The position numbers and the translations under genes were made by a program. Source: Patescibacteria group bacterium (GTDB lineage: Bacteria > Patescibacteriota > Minisyncoccia > Minisyncoccales > PEYH01). From it: a stretch of 58,893 bases of DNA. Numbering within the stretch: the first letter of the stretch is position 1; each line of letters opens with the position of its first letter. The notes beneath the pieces were generated by a model. It did no database searches. It was not told the origin of the DNA and saw only the letters and a list, made by a program, of their open reading frames with translations. Positions 18,574-27,619 of the stretch are shown here, piece after piece. The stretch lies in the NCBI GenBank assembly GCA_018817645.1, contig JAHITK010000005.1, positions 1 through 58,893 of the forward strand, given 5' to 3'.

Positions 18574-18601
18574 TTGTCCGTTAAGGTATATTATGCGACG
18601 A
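18574..18601 (+). other. Candidate dif site TTGTCCGTTAA-GGTATA-TTATGCGACGA
   Basis: 11-6-11 layout; core TAA-GGTATA-TTATG versus E. coli TAA-TGTATA-TTATG; next to xer at the gene-strand switch. Confidence 0.6.
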
Positions 18602-18611
18602 CCATATATCT

Positions 18612-18641
18612 ATGATAATCCCTTATAATAGGGCTTGTCAA
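18612..18641 (-). promoter_or_regulatory. Putative xer promoter TTGACA-N18-TATCAT
   Basis: Consensus match; predicted start abuts the dif-like site. Confidence 0.55.
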
Positions 18642-18709
18642 GAGGAAAAGTATGAAAAGTATGAAAATAATGTAGTCCCCCCGCTGATGTCCAAATATTT
18701 TTAAGGGGA

Positions 18710-19069
18710 TTAATCTATTCTGATTTCTTGATTTAAATAATTATTCAAATTATACCAGCTTTTATTAAACCAGGGTCTTGCCAAGCGATACCACCAAGCG
18801 CTGATTTTTTGCCCGGTATTTTCAAAAAATGACTTAAACCAGTCATTCCCCTCTCCAAATTGCTTTATTGTCTCAAAAGTCCCTTTTAGCCCTTCTTTTA
18901 TCCTTTGCCAGAATGATTGGGCATCCTCTATGCCTGGCAGAGAGACATTTGGTCCTGCGGTTGTCGCGTTTTGAGCTGATACAAAAGAGGCAAAGCAAGC
19001 ATTGCCGAATAATAACACGGCGCAAAACAGACCGCAAAGAAAGAATTTTAGACCACCCTCCCCTTTCAT
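18710..19069 (-). CDS. Secreted/membrane hypothetical protein
   Basis: Signal-peptide-like N-terminus, amphipathic helices. Confidence 0.6.
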   Translation of the reverse strand: MKGEGGLKFFLCGLFCAVLLFGNACFASFVSAQNATTAGPNVSLPGIEDAQSFWQRIKEGLKGTFETIKQFGEGNDWFKSFFENTGQKISAWWYRLARPWFNKSWYNLNNYLNQEIRID

Positions 19070-19079
19070 ATTTATTAAA

Positions 19080-20663
19080 TTATTGTAATTTTCCCTTGGC
19101 TTGTTTTAATCTTAGCAAAGTTTTTTCTTTTCCCAAAATTTCCGCTATGGCAAACGGCGGGGCTGATGATTTTTTTCCGGAAAGAGCCACTCTGAAAGGC
19201 CATAAAAGATAGCCCTTATCCCCTTCCGGCCCTGTCTCGGCCGCCTTTTTGACCAGAATTTCCTCAAGATTGCTTCTAGCCCAATCATTGGGCTTAATCG
19301 CCTCTATGACCCCTTCTAAGGCCTCTATCGCCCCTTTAATGTCTGGCTTTGTCATCTCTTTCCAAGAGAGCAGGTCCGGAGGGTAATCCAGTTCTTTTTT
19401 AAAGAAAAAATCAACCAATTCCGGCAATTCAGACAAGTATTTCAGCCGTTCTTGATATAGAGCAATAATATTCTCCAGCGCAATTGGGTCTATTTTTTCT
19501 TTGGTTTCCGGCATAAGATATATTTCCCCTATTTCCACTCCGCCTATGCCAGCCAGGTGTCCGCCGGTCTCAAAAATCGGCTGGATTAAGTTCGCGCTTA
19601 TCAGATAAGGAACGCATAATTCCATAAGCTTCTTGGGCGATTTATTGCGGATGTAAAAGCCGTTTATCCAATCAAGTTTTTGGATGTTAAAAATGGCTGA
19701 TGATTTTTGGCAGTGCTCTAAAGAAAACTCTTCCATCAAGTGATTGATGACGTATATTTCCCGGTCAGTGTCCGGATTCCATCCCAAGAAGGCCATAAAG
19801 TTTATCATTGCTTCCGGCAAATATCCTTTCTCCCTGTATTCATTAACCGAGACAGAGCCGTGCCTCTTGCTTAATTTACTTTTGTCAGAGCCGAGGATAA
19901 GAGGCAAATGCGCGTAATCCGGCTGAGGCAATCCGAGCGCTTCCTGTAAAAGAATCTGTTTTGGCGTATTGGGGAGATGGTCTTCGCCTCTGATGACATA
20001 ACTGATTTTCATTTCATAATCATCAATCACTGCTGCCAGATTATACAAAGGAATTTTCGGGTCTTTGGCAATAGTGATGTCTCCCAAGAGCGCGCCGTTG
20101 AACTCTATCTTCCCTTTTATCAGGTCCTGAAAAACCACATTTTGAGCCGGCGTTCTGAATCTAATGACCGCTGGTCTCCCTTCTTTTAGATATTGTTCCG
20201 CGGTTTCTTTTGAGAGATTACTGCATTTTCCGCTGTACTTTGGCGCTTGTCCGATACTCATCTGATATTGGCGCTGGGCTTCCAAGTCATCTTTACTGCA
20301 GAAGCAGTAATAAGCAGTCCCCTCTTCCAGCATCTTCCTGATATATGATTCGTAAATATCAATTCGCTCGCTTTGCCGGTAAGGGCCAAAATTCCCGATA
20401 TATTCTTTTGGGTCGTCAGGATTAATTCCTTCGTCCCAAAAGATTTTCAGCCATTTCAGGCCTTCCAGAATATCCTCTTCATATTCTTTTTGTGAACGCT
20501 CTTCATCCGTGTCTTCTATGCGCAAGATAAAACTGCCATTATATTTTTTGGCAAAAAGATAATTGAAAAGCGCGGTTCTCGCGGTTCCAATATGCAAAAG
20601 GCCGGTCGGCGAAGGCGCGATTCTTACTCTCGGATTTTCAATTTTTTTGGCAACTGCTTCCAT
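19080..20663 (-). CDS. gltX: Glutamate--tRNA ligase
   Basis: APSPTGLLHIG, RIEDTD, KLSKR. Confidence 0.97.
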   Translation of the reverse strand: MEAVAKKIENPRVRIAPSPTGLLHIGTARTALFNYLFAKKYNGSFILRIEDTDEERSQKEYEEDILEGLKWLKIFWDEGINPDDPKEYIGNFGPYRQSERIDIYESYIRKMLEEGTAYYCFCSKDDLEAQRQYQMSIGQAPKYSGKCSNLSKETAEQYLKEGRPAVIRFRTPAQNVVFQDLIKGKIEFNGALLGDITIAKDPKIPLYNLAAVIDDYEMKISYVIRGEDHLPNTPKQILLQEALGLPQPDYAHLPLILGSDKSKLSKRHGSVSVNEYREKGYLPEAMINFMAFLGWNPDTDREIYVINHLMEEFSLEHCQKSSAIFNIQKLDWINGFYIRNKSPKKLMELCVPYLISANLIQPIFETGGHLAGIGGVEIGEIYLMPETKEKIDPIALENIIALYQERLKYLSELPELVDFFFKKELDYPPDLLSWKEMTKPDIKGAIEALEGVIEAIKPNDWARSNLEEILVKKAAETGPEGDKGYLLWPFRVALSGKKSSAPPFAIAEILGKEKTLLRLKQAKGKLQ

Positions 20664-20786
20664 ATATTAGTTAAGAATACTCCAATTCATTTGACTTTTC
20701 AAGGAAGATATTATGAAAATTTAATCAGAGAAAAGTAGATTATGGCCGGAAGAAGGAATAACCGAAGATTGGGCAAATGCGCCTTA

Positions 20787-21935
20787 TCATTTTATTAAAT
20801 AACTTATAAGTTCTGCGGCAATATCTTTTGCCGCATTCGGTTTGGCGAATCTTAAGGCGGCTCGGCCCATTTCCTGCATTTTTTCCGGTTGGGAAAAGAT
20901 AAGCATTATTTTTGAGAATAACAGAGCCGGAGTCGGATTTTTAGGCTCCATCACCACCGCTGCTCCGGTGGAGGCATAAGCATTGGCATTTTTTGCCTGA
21001 TGGTCTTGAGATGATTCCGGCAAAGGAATCATAATGCTCGGCTTGCCAGCGGCGGCGATTTCAAAAATGGCGCCCGAGCCGGCTCGGCTGATTATTAAAT
21101 GAGCTGATTTATATGCCTGCTTCATCTCGTTTTCGGTGAGAAAATCAAAAAGATGATAGCCCTTCGCCAATGGCGGTTCTTTGATGATTATGTCTGCCAT
21201 CACTTTGGCTTCCTCGTAATTTTTCAATCCGCATTGGTGGATGATTTCAAAATTTTTAAGCAAATCAGGGAGAGCGGTAAGAACCAATTCGTTCATTTCT
21301 TTGGCTCCCTGCGAGCCGCCCCAGATGAATATCACCGGTTTGTTCCCGGACAAGTTAAATAGTTTTTTGCCTTCTTGGCCTTCTTGTTCGCTGCCCGAAA
21401 GAAGCTCGCTTCTTATAGGATTTCCCACCCAGAGCACTTTGGACGGAATCACATTAGCAATTTTTGTTTCCGGGAAAGAGGTAAAAATAGCAGTCGCTGT
21501 TTTGGCGGATAATTTTGTCGTTTTGCCGGGCACTATGTCTGATTCGTGCAAAAAGAGAGGGATTTTCAATATTTTGGCAGCGATATTGACCGGCAGAGCG
21601 CCATAACCGCCTTTGCTGAAAATAATATCAGGAGAGATTATCTGGACATAAATCAGGGACTGGATAAATCCGACCGGAATTTTGATTATCAAGTCAATTA
21701 TGTTCTGAAAAATAGTTTTGGGAGTGAGAGACCGCCTCATCTTCCCGGCTAAAATGGTCTTCATCTCAACCTCTTCTTTTTTCAGGAGTTCCCGGCTGAC
21801 TTTTCCGTCCGGTCCGACAAAATAAATTTTAATTTTTTTATTCTCTAAAGCAGGATTCTTTTTTAATTCCCGGATGATGGCGATTATTGGGAAAAGATGT
21901 CCCCCGGTTCCGCCTCCGGCAAAAAGTATTTTCAT
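20787..21935 (-). CDS. murG: MurG GlcNAc transferase
   Basis: GGGTGGH, GNPIR, GGSQGA, SRAGSG, HQAKNA. Confidence 0.96.
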   Translation of the reverse strand: MKILFAGGGTGGHLFPIIAIIRELKKNPALENKKIKIYFVGPDGKVSRELLKKEEVEMKTILAGKMRRSLTPKTIFQNIIDLIIKIPVGFIQSLIYVQIISPDIIFSKGGYGALPVNIAAKILKIPLFLHESDIVPGKTTKLSAKTATAIFTSFPETKIANVIPSKVLWVGNPIRSELLSGSEQEGQEGKKLFNLSGNKPVIFIWGGSQGAKEMNELVLTALPDLLKNFEIIHQCGLKNYEEAKVMADIIIKEPPLAKGYHLFDFLTENEMKQAYKSAHLIISRAGSGAIFEIAAAGKPSIMIPLPESSQDHQAKNANAYASTGAAVVMEPKNPTPALLFSKIMLIFSQPEKMQEMGRAALRFAKPNAAKDIAAELISYLIK

Positions 21936-21967
21936 ATATTTTTTTCAATCTTAAATTTAAAAATAAT

Positions 21968-23077
21968 TTAAAAATTATTTTTGGCGTGTTTTGATATGTT
22001 CAGCAGTAAACCGATTGCGATTAGCTCCATTACCAGATGAGAGCTTCCATAACTCACCAAGGGCAGCGGGATTCCGGTAAGGGGCAAGAGGCCTATCATA
22101 GCGCCGATATTAATAAATGCTTGCAGGGTGAGCCAAGAAGTAATCCCGATTGCCATAAGCTTCAAAAATGTTTCCGAAGATTGCTTCGCTATTTTGAATC
22201 CCTGCCAAGCGAATATCAAGAATAATAATACCAATATAATAGCTCCGATAAATCCGGTTTCCTCGGCAAATACCGCGAAGATACTGTCAGTCATTGGTTC
22301 AGGAAGAAAGCCGGCTTTTTGGACACTTAGTCCAAGCCCGTGTCCTATTATGCCGCCGGAGCCGATGGCGATAAGGGCCTGCTTCATCTGGTATCCGATT
22401 CCTAACGGCTGGGCCGCGGGGCGCAGGAGGACCAGAAACCGATTTAAACGATAAGGCGCGGTTTTGATTAATATGGCCAATGCCCCGATTCCGGACAAAA
22501 TCAGCAGACCGGTTTGCCAAAGAGGAGTTTCAGCGCTGAAATACATCACTAAAGTAATGGCGGCAATCGTGACCAAGGTGCTGATGTCCGGCTGTTTGAT
22601 TAACAAGGCGCAGACAACGGCTAAGATGATTATGAACGGCAGGAATAATTGGACGCTCTTTTTGCGCTGTTCTTTATGTTTAGTGAGCCAGGCGGCCAGA
22701 TAGATAATAAATATCAGTTTTAATAATTCAGACGGCTGAATCACAATAGGGCCCAGAGCGACCCAGCGGCTTGCCCCGCCTGTTGATACGCCGATTTTTG
22801 GCATAAAGACCAGCCCCATCAAGACGATGACAATAAAGAGCGCGGGCAAAGATATTTTTCTTAATGATTTTAAATTGATCTTATACGCCAGGAAGCCCAG
22901 GATAAGCCCGGGAAGATAGCCGTATTCTATTTGGTGCATCAGGAACTGGAAAGAGTGGCCGAAAATTTTTTGGGATACTGTGATGGAAACGCCGGCCAGG
23001 ATAGCGAATCCTAAAAGCAATAAAAGAGAGATGGTTGCCGAAAGGATGAAGTCAGGATGATTTTTTTGTTTTTTCAT
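21968..23077 (-). CDS. ftsW: SEDS peptidoglycan polymerase FtsW
   Basis: GGASRW, QPSE, QPD, TDSIF, GIPLPLVSYG. Confidence 0.93.
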   Translation of the reverse strand: MKKQKNHPDFILSATISLLLLLGFAILAGVSITVSQKIFGHSFQFLMHQIEYGYLPGLILGFLAYKINLKSLRKISLPALFIVIVLMGLVFMPKIGVSTGGASRWVALGPIVIQPSELLKLIFIIYLAAWLTKHKEQRKKSVQLFLPFIIILAVVCALLIKQPDISTLVTIAAITLVMYFSAETPLWQTGLLILSGIGALAILIKTAPYRLNRFLVLLRPAAQPLGIGYQMKQALIAIGSGGIIGHGLGLSVQKAGFLPEPMTDSIFAVFAEETGFIGAIILVLLFLIFAWQGFKIAKQSSETFLKLMAIGITSWLTLQAFINIGAMIGLLPLTGIPLPLVSYGSSHLVMELIAIGLLLNISKHAKNNF

Positions 23078-24441
23078 TTAGTGAATTGCTTAACGAATTT
23101 TTGGAATTGGTCTCCCCTGTCTTTGTAATTTTTAAATATCCCAAAACTGGCGCAGGCTGGCGACAAGGCGCAGATTTCTTTTGGTGCAGTGTATTGATAG
23201 CAAAACCTTACCGCCTCTTTCATATTGTCTACGAAGATAAATTTTGGCTTTTCGTCTGTTTCCCCCAAGGTCTCCATAACAGCTTGTTTAATCCTCTTTC
23301 CGGCCGGTGGGAAAATAATCGCTGTTTTAATCCGATGCTTAATGATTGTCTTAGCAAGCGCGGAGAAATTCAATCCCCTTTCGTGTCCTCCTAATATAAT
23401 AGTTCGAGGTTTAATCGCCTTGATGGCGCTTATGGCGGCAATCGGCTCGGTGGCAAAACTGTCGTCATAAAAAATGATTTCTTTGAATTTTCCTATTCTT
23501 TGCAGGCAATGCTTTTGGGTTCGGTAATGAGCGATTGATTTTCTGATTTTAGGGAGAGGAATATTGAATAACCGGGCAGCGCAGACAGCCGCCATTATGT
23601 CGTAGAGGAAGTGTTCTCCTGGCAGGTGAATGTCTTTTAATTTTATAACCCTTTTACCTTGGTAAAATATGGCCTCCTGGTTGAAATAGCAGTCATTTGA
23701 ATTATCCTTGCCAAAAGCGATTTTTTTGGCTTTGGTTTTTCCCGCCAAGGTTCTCAAGCGGGGAGAATCAGAATTGAAGATAAAGAAATCGTCCTTTTTC
23801 TGCCAAAGAGTGATATTCTTTTTTGCCGCAAAATATTCCTCGATGTCTTTGTAATAATCCAGATGAGCTTCGTGGGCGTTCAGGAATATGGCGATATGGG
23901 GGCTGGTTCCGAGGTCCTCTAATTGTTGGGAGGATATTTCAAAAATGAATGTTTTTTTGGATTTTCCGTCTTTAAAATAATTTAAAACCGGCTTCCCGAT
24001 ATTTCCGATAAGCTCTGCCTCCCGATGGCTTTCTTCAAAAATTTTAGAAAGCAAACTTACGGTCGTCCCCTTGCCTTTGGTGCCGGTTACGCCGATGGTC
24101 TGTTGAGAGTAATTTTGCAGAAAAATGTCGGTTTGCGAAGTAGTAGTTTGCTTCCCGGAAACATAGGGCGCGAATATTTTTTTCGGGAGGCCCGGGGTCT
24201 TGATTATAACCTCGTAATCCCCTATTGATTTCAAATAATCTTTCCCTAAATGCAGTTTTATGTTCTCATCCTTTTTTATTTTCCTTTTCAGCGTTTTTGC
24301 CAATTCTTTGAATTCTGATTTGTCTGCCAGGCCAATGATTTTGTCAAAGAAAATCTTCCGCAGGAATTTAAAACTTGACTCCCCTTCCCGGCCAAGCCCC
24401 AAAATCAAAATCTTTTTGTTTTTCAGTAAATTTATCCTCAC
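23074..24441 (-). CDS. murD: MurD ligase (probably MurD2, L-Glu-adding)
   Basis: GLGREG, GVTGTKGKGT, SPACASF; murL nearby. Confidence 0.9.
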   Translation of the reverse strand: MRINLLKNKKILILGLGREGESSFKFLRKIFFDKIIGLADKSEFKELAKTLKRKIKKDENIKLHLGKDYLKSIGDYEVIIKTPGLPKKIFAPYVSGKQTTTSQTDIFLQNYSQQTIGVTGTKGKGTTVSLLSKIFEESHREAELIGNIGKPVLNYFKDGKSKKTFIFEISSQQLEDLGTSPHIAIFLNAHEAHLDYYKDIEEYFAAKKNITLWQKKDDFFIFNSDSPRLRTLAGKTKAKKIAFGKDNSNDCYFNQEAIFYQGKRVIKLKDIHLPGEHFLYDIMAAVCAARLFNIPLPKIRKSIAHYRTQKHCLQRIGKFKEIIFYDDSFATEPIAAISAIKAIKPRTIILGGHERGLNFSALAKTIIKHRIKTAIIFPPAGKRIKQAVMETLGETDEKPKFIFVDNMKEAVRFCYQYTAPKEICALSPACASFGIFKNYKDRGDQFQKFVKQFTK

Positions 24442-24482
24442 TTTATTTTATTAAGAATATCACAGTTCTCATCAAAGAAAAA

Positions 24483-24523
24483 GACGCCCTATGAGATGGC
24501 GGCTTTGCCTATCTCATAGGGTC
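24483..24523 (-). terminator. Hairpin overlapping the last codons of the orphan gene
   Basis: CCCTATGAGAT/ATCTCATAGGG arms. Confidence 0.6.
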
Positions 24524-24973
24524 TTGAATACGAGTGCTGGATGGAAAAGCGGCCTCAACGATTTTAGCCGTTTTATCCTTTAGGATTTTCCATTCAAAGA
24601 GCAATTGAACGATTCTTTTGATAGTTGCCCATGTTTTGTCAAGGGGCTCAAGCATCATTGAATCGCCATAGATACTGAAACCGACCAAACTACTTTTCCA
24701 TAATTCTTTCCTTAATCCTTCTGCCAAGGGATGTTTTGAATATTCGTTGACTTCACCTTCTGTTATCGGAACGATTGCCCAATTCGCTTTTAGCAAGATA
24801 ACTTCCGGGACCAGCGCAGAAACCAGCCATCGAGTAGATAAAGAAATCTTTATCAGTTTGACCGCTATTTGCAGTTCTCCTTGGACGAATGTCCTGTCTG
24901 GTTCGCGCACCAAAAGACCCGTTTTGATTTTCTTTTGTCTTAGCAACGCTGACCATATCTTTCTTAACGACAT
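24509..24973 (-). CDS. Orphan hypothetical protein
   Basis: SD AGGAGGTGA, promoter TTGACA-N18-TAATGT at 25031-25002. Confidence 0.65.
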   Translation of the reverse strand: MSLRKIWSALLRQKKIKTGLLVREPDRTFVQGELQIAVKLIKISLSTRWLVSALVPEVILLKANWAIVPITEGEVNEYSKHPLAEGLRKELWKSSLVGFSIYGDSMMLEPLDKTWATIKRIVQLLFEWKILKDKTAKIVEAAFPSSTRIQDPMR

Positions 24974-25004
24974 CCTTCTCACCTCCTATCTGCTTATATT
25001 TACA

Positions 25005-26261
25005 TTAATATCGAGCGCTAAAATTTGTCAATAGCGCAGGGAGTTTTTTGCTTTTTTTATCTTTAGTTAATGATAAATTAAAAATGGCTAAGTTTTCTTT
25101 TTTTGTTCCCACGCACTCAAACGGCTTGAACGCCCTTTTCCCGACTAATTGCTCCATCAAAGGAACGAGTTTTTTGTCCTGAAAAAGATTTTTGCCGAAT
25201 ATCTTTATTAAATCCTCTTTTTTCATAAAAGGATAAAGAGCGCTGAAAACAAATAGGCATTTCGGGCATTGGCCGCACCATCTTTTGGCAGCGTTTTTTG
25301 TTTTGTAGGCGTTATTGCAACTTATGAAAAATGGATGATATTGCTTTAATCTGACGAATTTTTTTATTATCTCGGTTTCGGAAGATTTTCTCAAAGGGCT
25401 GTAAATTTTAATGTTTTTCAATAAATATTTTTTGGCATACTTTTGCATCATTTTTTCAAATTCAGACGACTTTGACCATTGGTGGTTTATGCTTTTCCCC
25501 CTATATTTCACATTTCCCTCATCAGCGCTTTTTTCCCAGGAAAATGCGATAGCGCTGTAATCAAACATTTTAGCCAGAATCACAGATAAAAAAGAAAGAA
25601 AGGCGGAAAACGGGATATGGCCGTTCAGAAATCCCTTTTTGTTCAATTCAAAGAGATTGTTGTCTAATTTTCTTTCAACAAAAATATTTTCTTTGAGCCC
25701 GGCGATTCTGATGATATCCTTCTGCGGGGTAATGGCATTCAAGGCAAATGAGCCAATATCCTTTTTTTGCTTTTTGAATTTTTCTATTGTTATTGGCGCG
25801 TCCTTTCCCCCGCCAATCGGAATCAGAATTTTTTTCTTGTTCAGGTTAATGTCCAATGCCTTAAATGTCGGTTTATCTTTATTGACTTTTATTTTCAAAA
25901 ACCCCGGTTTTCTGAAATCAATTTTATTCTCGTAAAAATACTGCCCCATTCCGTTGATAATAATCTTTTTTAAAAAAGCGATTTGATTTTTATCTAAATT
26001 ACCAGCTTCAATGTTTATGATCGGAGCCCCGGTCAATTTCCAATAATTCAGCATTTCAATTAGTCCCAGATGGAATACTAAATTATCAATACCTTTTAGC
26101 CCGGATTTTTTGATGTTTTTAATGATGATTTCTGTTCTGAATTTCAAATCCGGCTTGATTGAAAAATCAAACCAAATTTTTAGATTGGGCCCGATTGCCT
26201 TGCAGGCGAAATCTTGGTATACGAATTCTTTATATCTCTGCCTTGCTTGTCTTGGGTTCAT
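25005..26261 (-). CDS. murL: UDP-MurNAc-L-Ala-L-Glu epimerase MurL
   Basis: GGGKDA, NHQWSKS, FISCN, WCGQCPKCLF; start moved to ATG 26261 just after the upstream stop. Confidence 0.75.
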   Translation of the reverse strand: MNPRQARQRYKEFVYQDFACKAIGPNLKIWFDFSIKPDLKFRTEIIIKNIKKSGLKGIDNLVFHLGLIEMLNYWKLTGAPIINIEAGNLDKNQIAFLKKIIINGMGQYFYENKIDFRKPGFLKIKVNKDKPTFKALDINLNKKKILIPIGGGKDAPITIEKFKKQKKDIGSFALNAITPQKDIIRIAGLKENIFVERKLDNNLFELNKKGFLNGHIPFSAFLSFLSVILAKMFDYSAIAFSWEKSADEGNVKYRGKSINHQWSKSSEFEKMMQKYAKKYLLKNIKIYSPLRKSSETEIIKKFVRLKQYHPFFISCNNAYKTKNAAKRWCGQCPKCLFVFSALYPFMKKEDLIKIFGKNLFQDKKLVPLMEQLVGKRAFKPFECVGTKKENLAIFNLSLTKDKKSKKLPALLTNFSARY

Positions 26262-26263
26262 TT

Positions 26264-27118
26264 TTATGGCTGAAGAATATCTTCTGTCCTGCCATTGATG
26301 GAGATGACTACATCTTTGACAGTGGGAAATTGTTTCAATGTTTCCGTTATCTGACTTCGGATGGCGCTTACTCTGCACGATCCTCCGACCTGAAATTCAA
26401 GTTGCTCATCAAAATCAATTCTGGCTACCCCATCTTCTATGATTAATTTTTGGATAGTAACGCCGGGATTTATGCTGGTGAAGAATCCCTGGCTTTCTTC
26501 GCCTTGGGTAGCGCCTTTCAGCAGTTCTTCCAGCGCTACTCGAGCAATAGCCGGTGTTTTTGCTATAACTCTTTTAACCGCGAAGACCTTGTTGCAGGAA
26601 AATTCCGGGTCCAATTGGTCGTTGTTGAAAAATACGCTGATTTCCATAGAGTCAGTCGGGGAAAGAATAATGGGGATTTCTATGCTCTTATCGTTTTCCG
26701 GCAAATCAGAGGGGTTGTCCCTTTTGAGAATCAAGGTGGCAGTAGTGGTGGCCATAATATTATATTCCAGCTCTCCCTTGAAGCCCACGAAATCCGTAGT
26801 CATCCAATCGTCTGTTGCCTGGACATAGTGTTCTGCGATTTCTTGCCCTTTATCATCAAACAATTTTACCGGAAAACTGGCTTCAAAAAACCAAAATCCC
26901 CTTGCCTTGCCTTCAATTAAGATGGGACTACTGACGATTTGGTTCGGTTGAGGGGAATCTACAATAATTTCATCCTCTAAATTTGGAGTCACGCTTGGTT
27001 CAGGGCCAGAGTCATTTTTAGGGCTAAGCAAAACCGCAATGCCTATAGCGACCAAAATAACGAAAACCGCAATAACATTAACAATTTTACTCATTTTTTC
27101 GTGGTTAAGTATTTTCAT
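26264..27118 (-). CDS. Membrane-anchored Gmad2 Ig-like + GerMN domain protein
   Basis: GKARGFWFFEASFP, DNPSDLP; GGSCRVSAIRSQI..TLKQF. Confidence 0.85.
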   Translation of the reverse strand: MKILNHEKMSKIVNVIAVFVILVAIGIAVLLSPKNDSGPEPSVTPNLEDEIIVDSPQPNQIVSSPILIEGKARGFWFFEASFPVKLFDDKGQEIAEHYVQATDDWMTTDFVGFKGELEYNIMATTTATLILKRDNPSDLPENDKSIEIPIILSPTDSMEISVFFNNDQLDPEFSCNKVFAVKRVIAKTPAIARVALEELLKGATQGEESQGFFTSINPGVTIQKLIIEDGVARIDFDEQLEFQVGGSCRVSAIRSQITETLKQFPTVKDVVISINGRTEDILQP

Positions 27119-27188
27119 TTTAGCATTTTAACCCCAAATGTCTATTAAAAATGTGAAAGGGTTCTATTCGCCGAAGCGACAATGTTTG

Positions 27189-27226
27189 AATAGAATTGCC
27201 CCGCTTAACAGCGGGGCAATTCTATT
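27189..27226. terminator. 16-bp perfect stem (bidirectional terminator-like) after csp
   Basis: AATAGAATTGCCCCGC-ttaaca-GCGGGGCAATTCTATT. Confidence 0.8.
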
Positions 27227-27247
27227 TTTCGTAATTTAGATTACCAA

Positions 27248-27445
27248 TTAAATCCGGGTTACTTTCACCGCATTTTCTCCTTTTGGAGAATCAGCTTTTT
27301 CGAAAGATACTCTATCACCTTCTTTGAGTTCGTCATAGCTTACGCCCACGAGCTCATTACCGTGAAAAAATAAATCTTTCTCTTCGCCTTCGATTGCGAT
27401 GAATCCGAATCCTTTATCAGTAAGTTTTTTGATTGTCCCTTCCAT
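27248..27445 (-). CDS. cspA: Cold-shock protein
   Basis: KGFGFI (RNP1), LFFH (RNP2). Confidence 0.95.
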   Translation of the reverse strand: MEGTIKKLTDKGFGFIAIEGEEKDLFFHGNELVGVSYDELKEGDRVSFEKADSPKGENAVKVTRI

Positions 27446-27568
27446 AATATAAAGATTAGATTAATTTATAACTTTTTTAAGAGTTCACCTAAAAAGGGTT
27501 CACCCTAAAGATTAGCGTCCTCAAGAAACTCGACGACTTTTCACTAGACAACTACACTTGTATGTACA

Positions 27569-27597
27569 AGGATAGCACAGTAATCAAATCCTGTCAA
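27569..27597 (-). promoter_or_regulatory. csp promoter TTGACA-N17-TATCCT with about 120-nt leader
   Basis: Consensus; long 5' UTR is typical of csp genes. Confidence 0.65.
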
Positions 27598-27619
27598 ATT
27601 TTTTGTAAAGAAATACCCA

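Noticed and set aside
17475-18601. Integron (IntI plus attC)
   Set aside because: The recombinase looks Xer-like with no evident IntI insertion. The hairpin at 18549-18587 only partly fits RYYYAAC/GTTRRRY, is shorter than typical attC, and no cassette array follows.
19520-19580. Repeat-derived insertion in gltX (ETGGHLAGIGGVE)
   Set aside because: No palindrome or match to the window's repeat families; more likely a lineage-specific loop
21369-21386. GCCTTCTTG x2 in murG
   Set aside because: A simple in-frame 9-bp slippage duplication with no link to the other repeats
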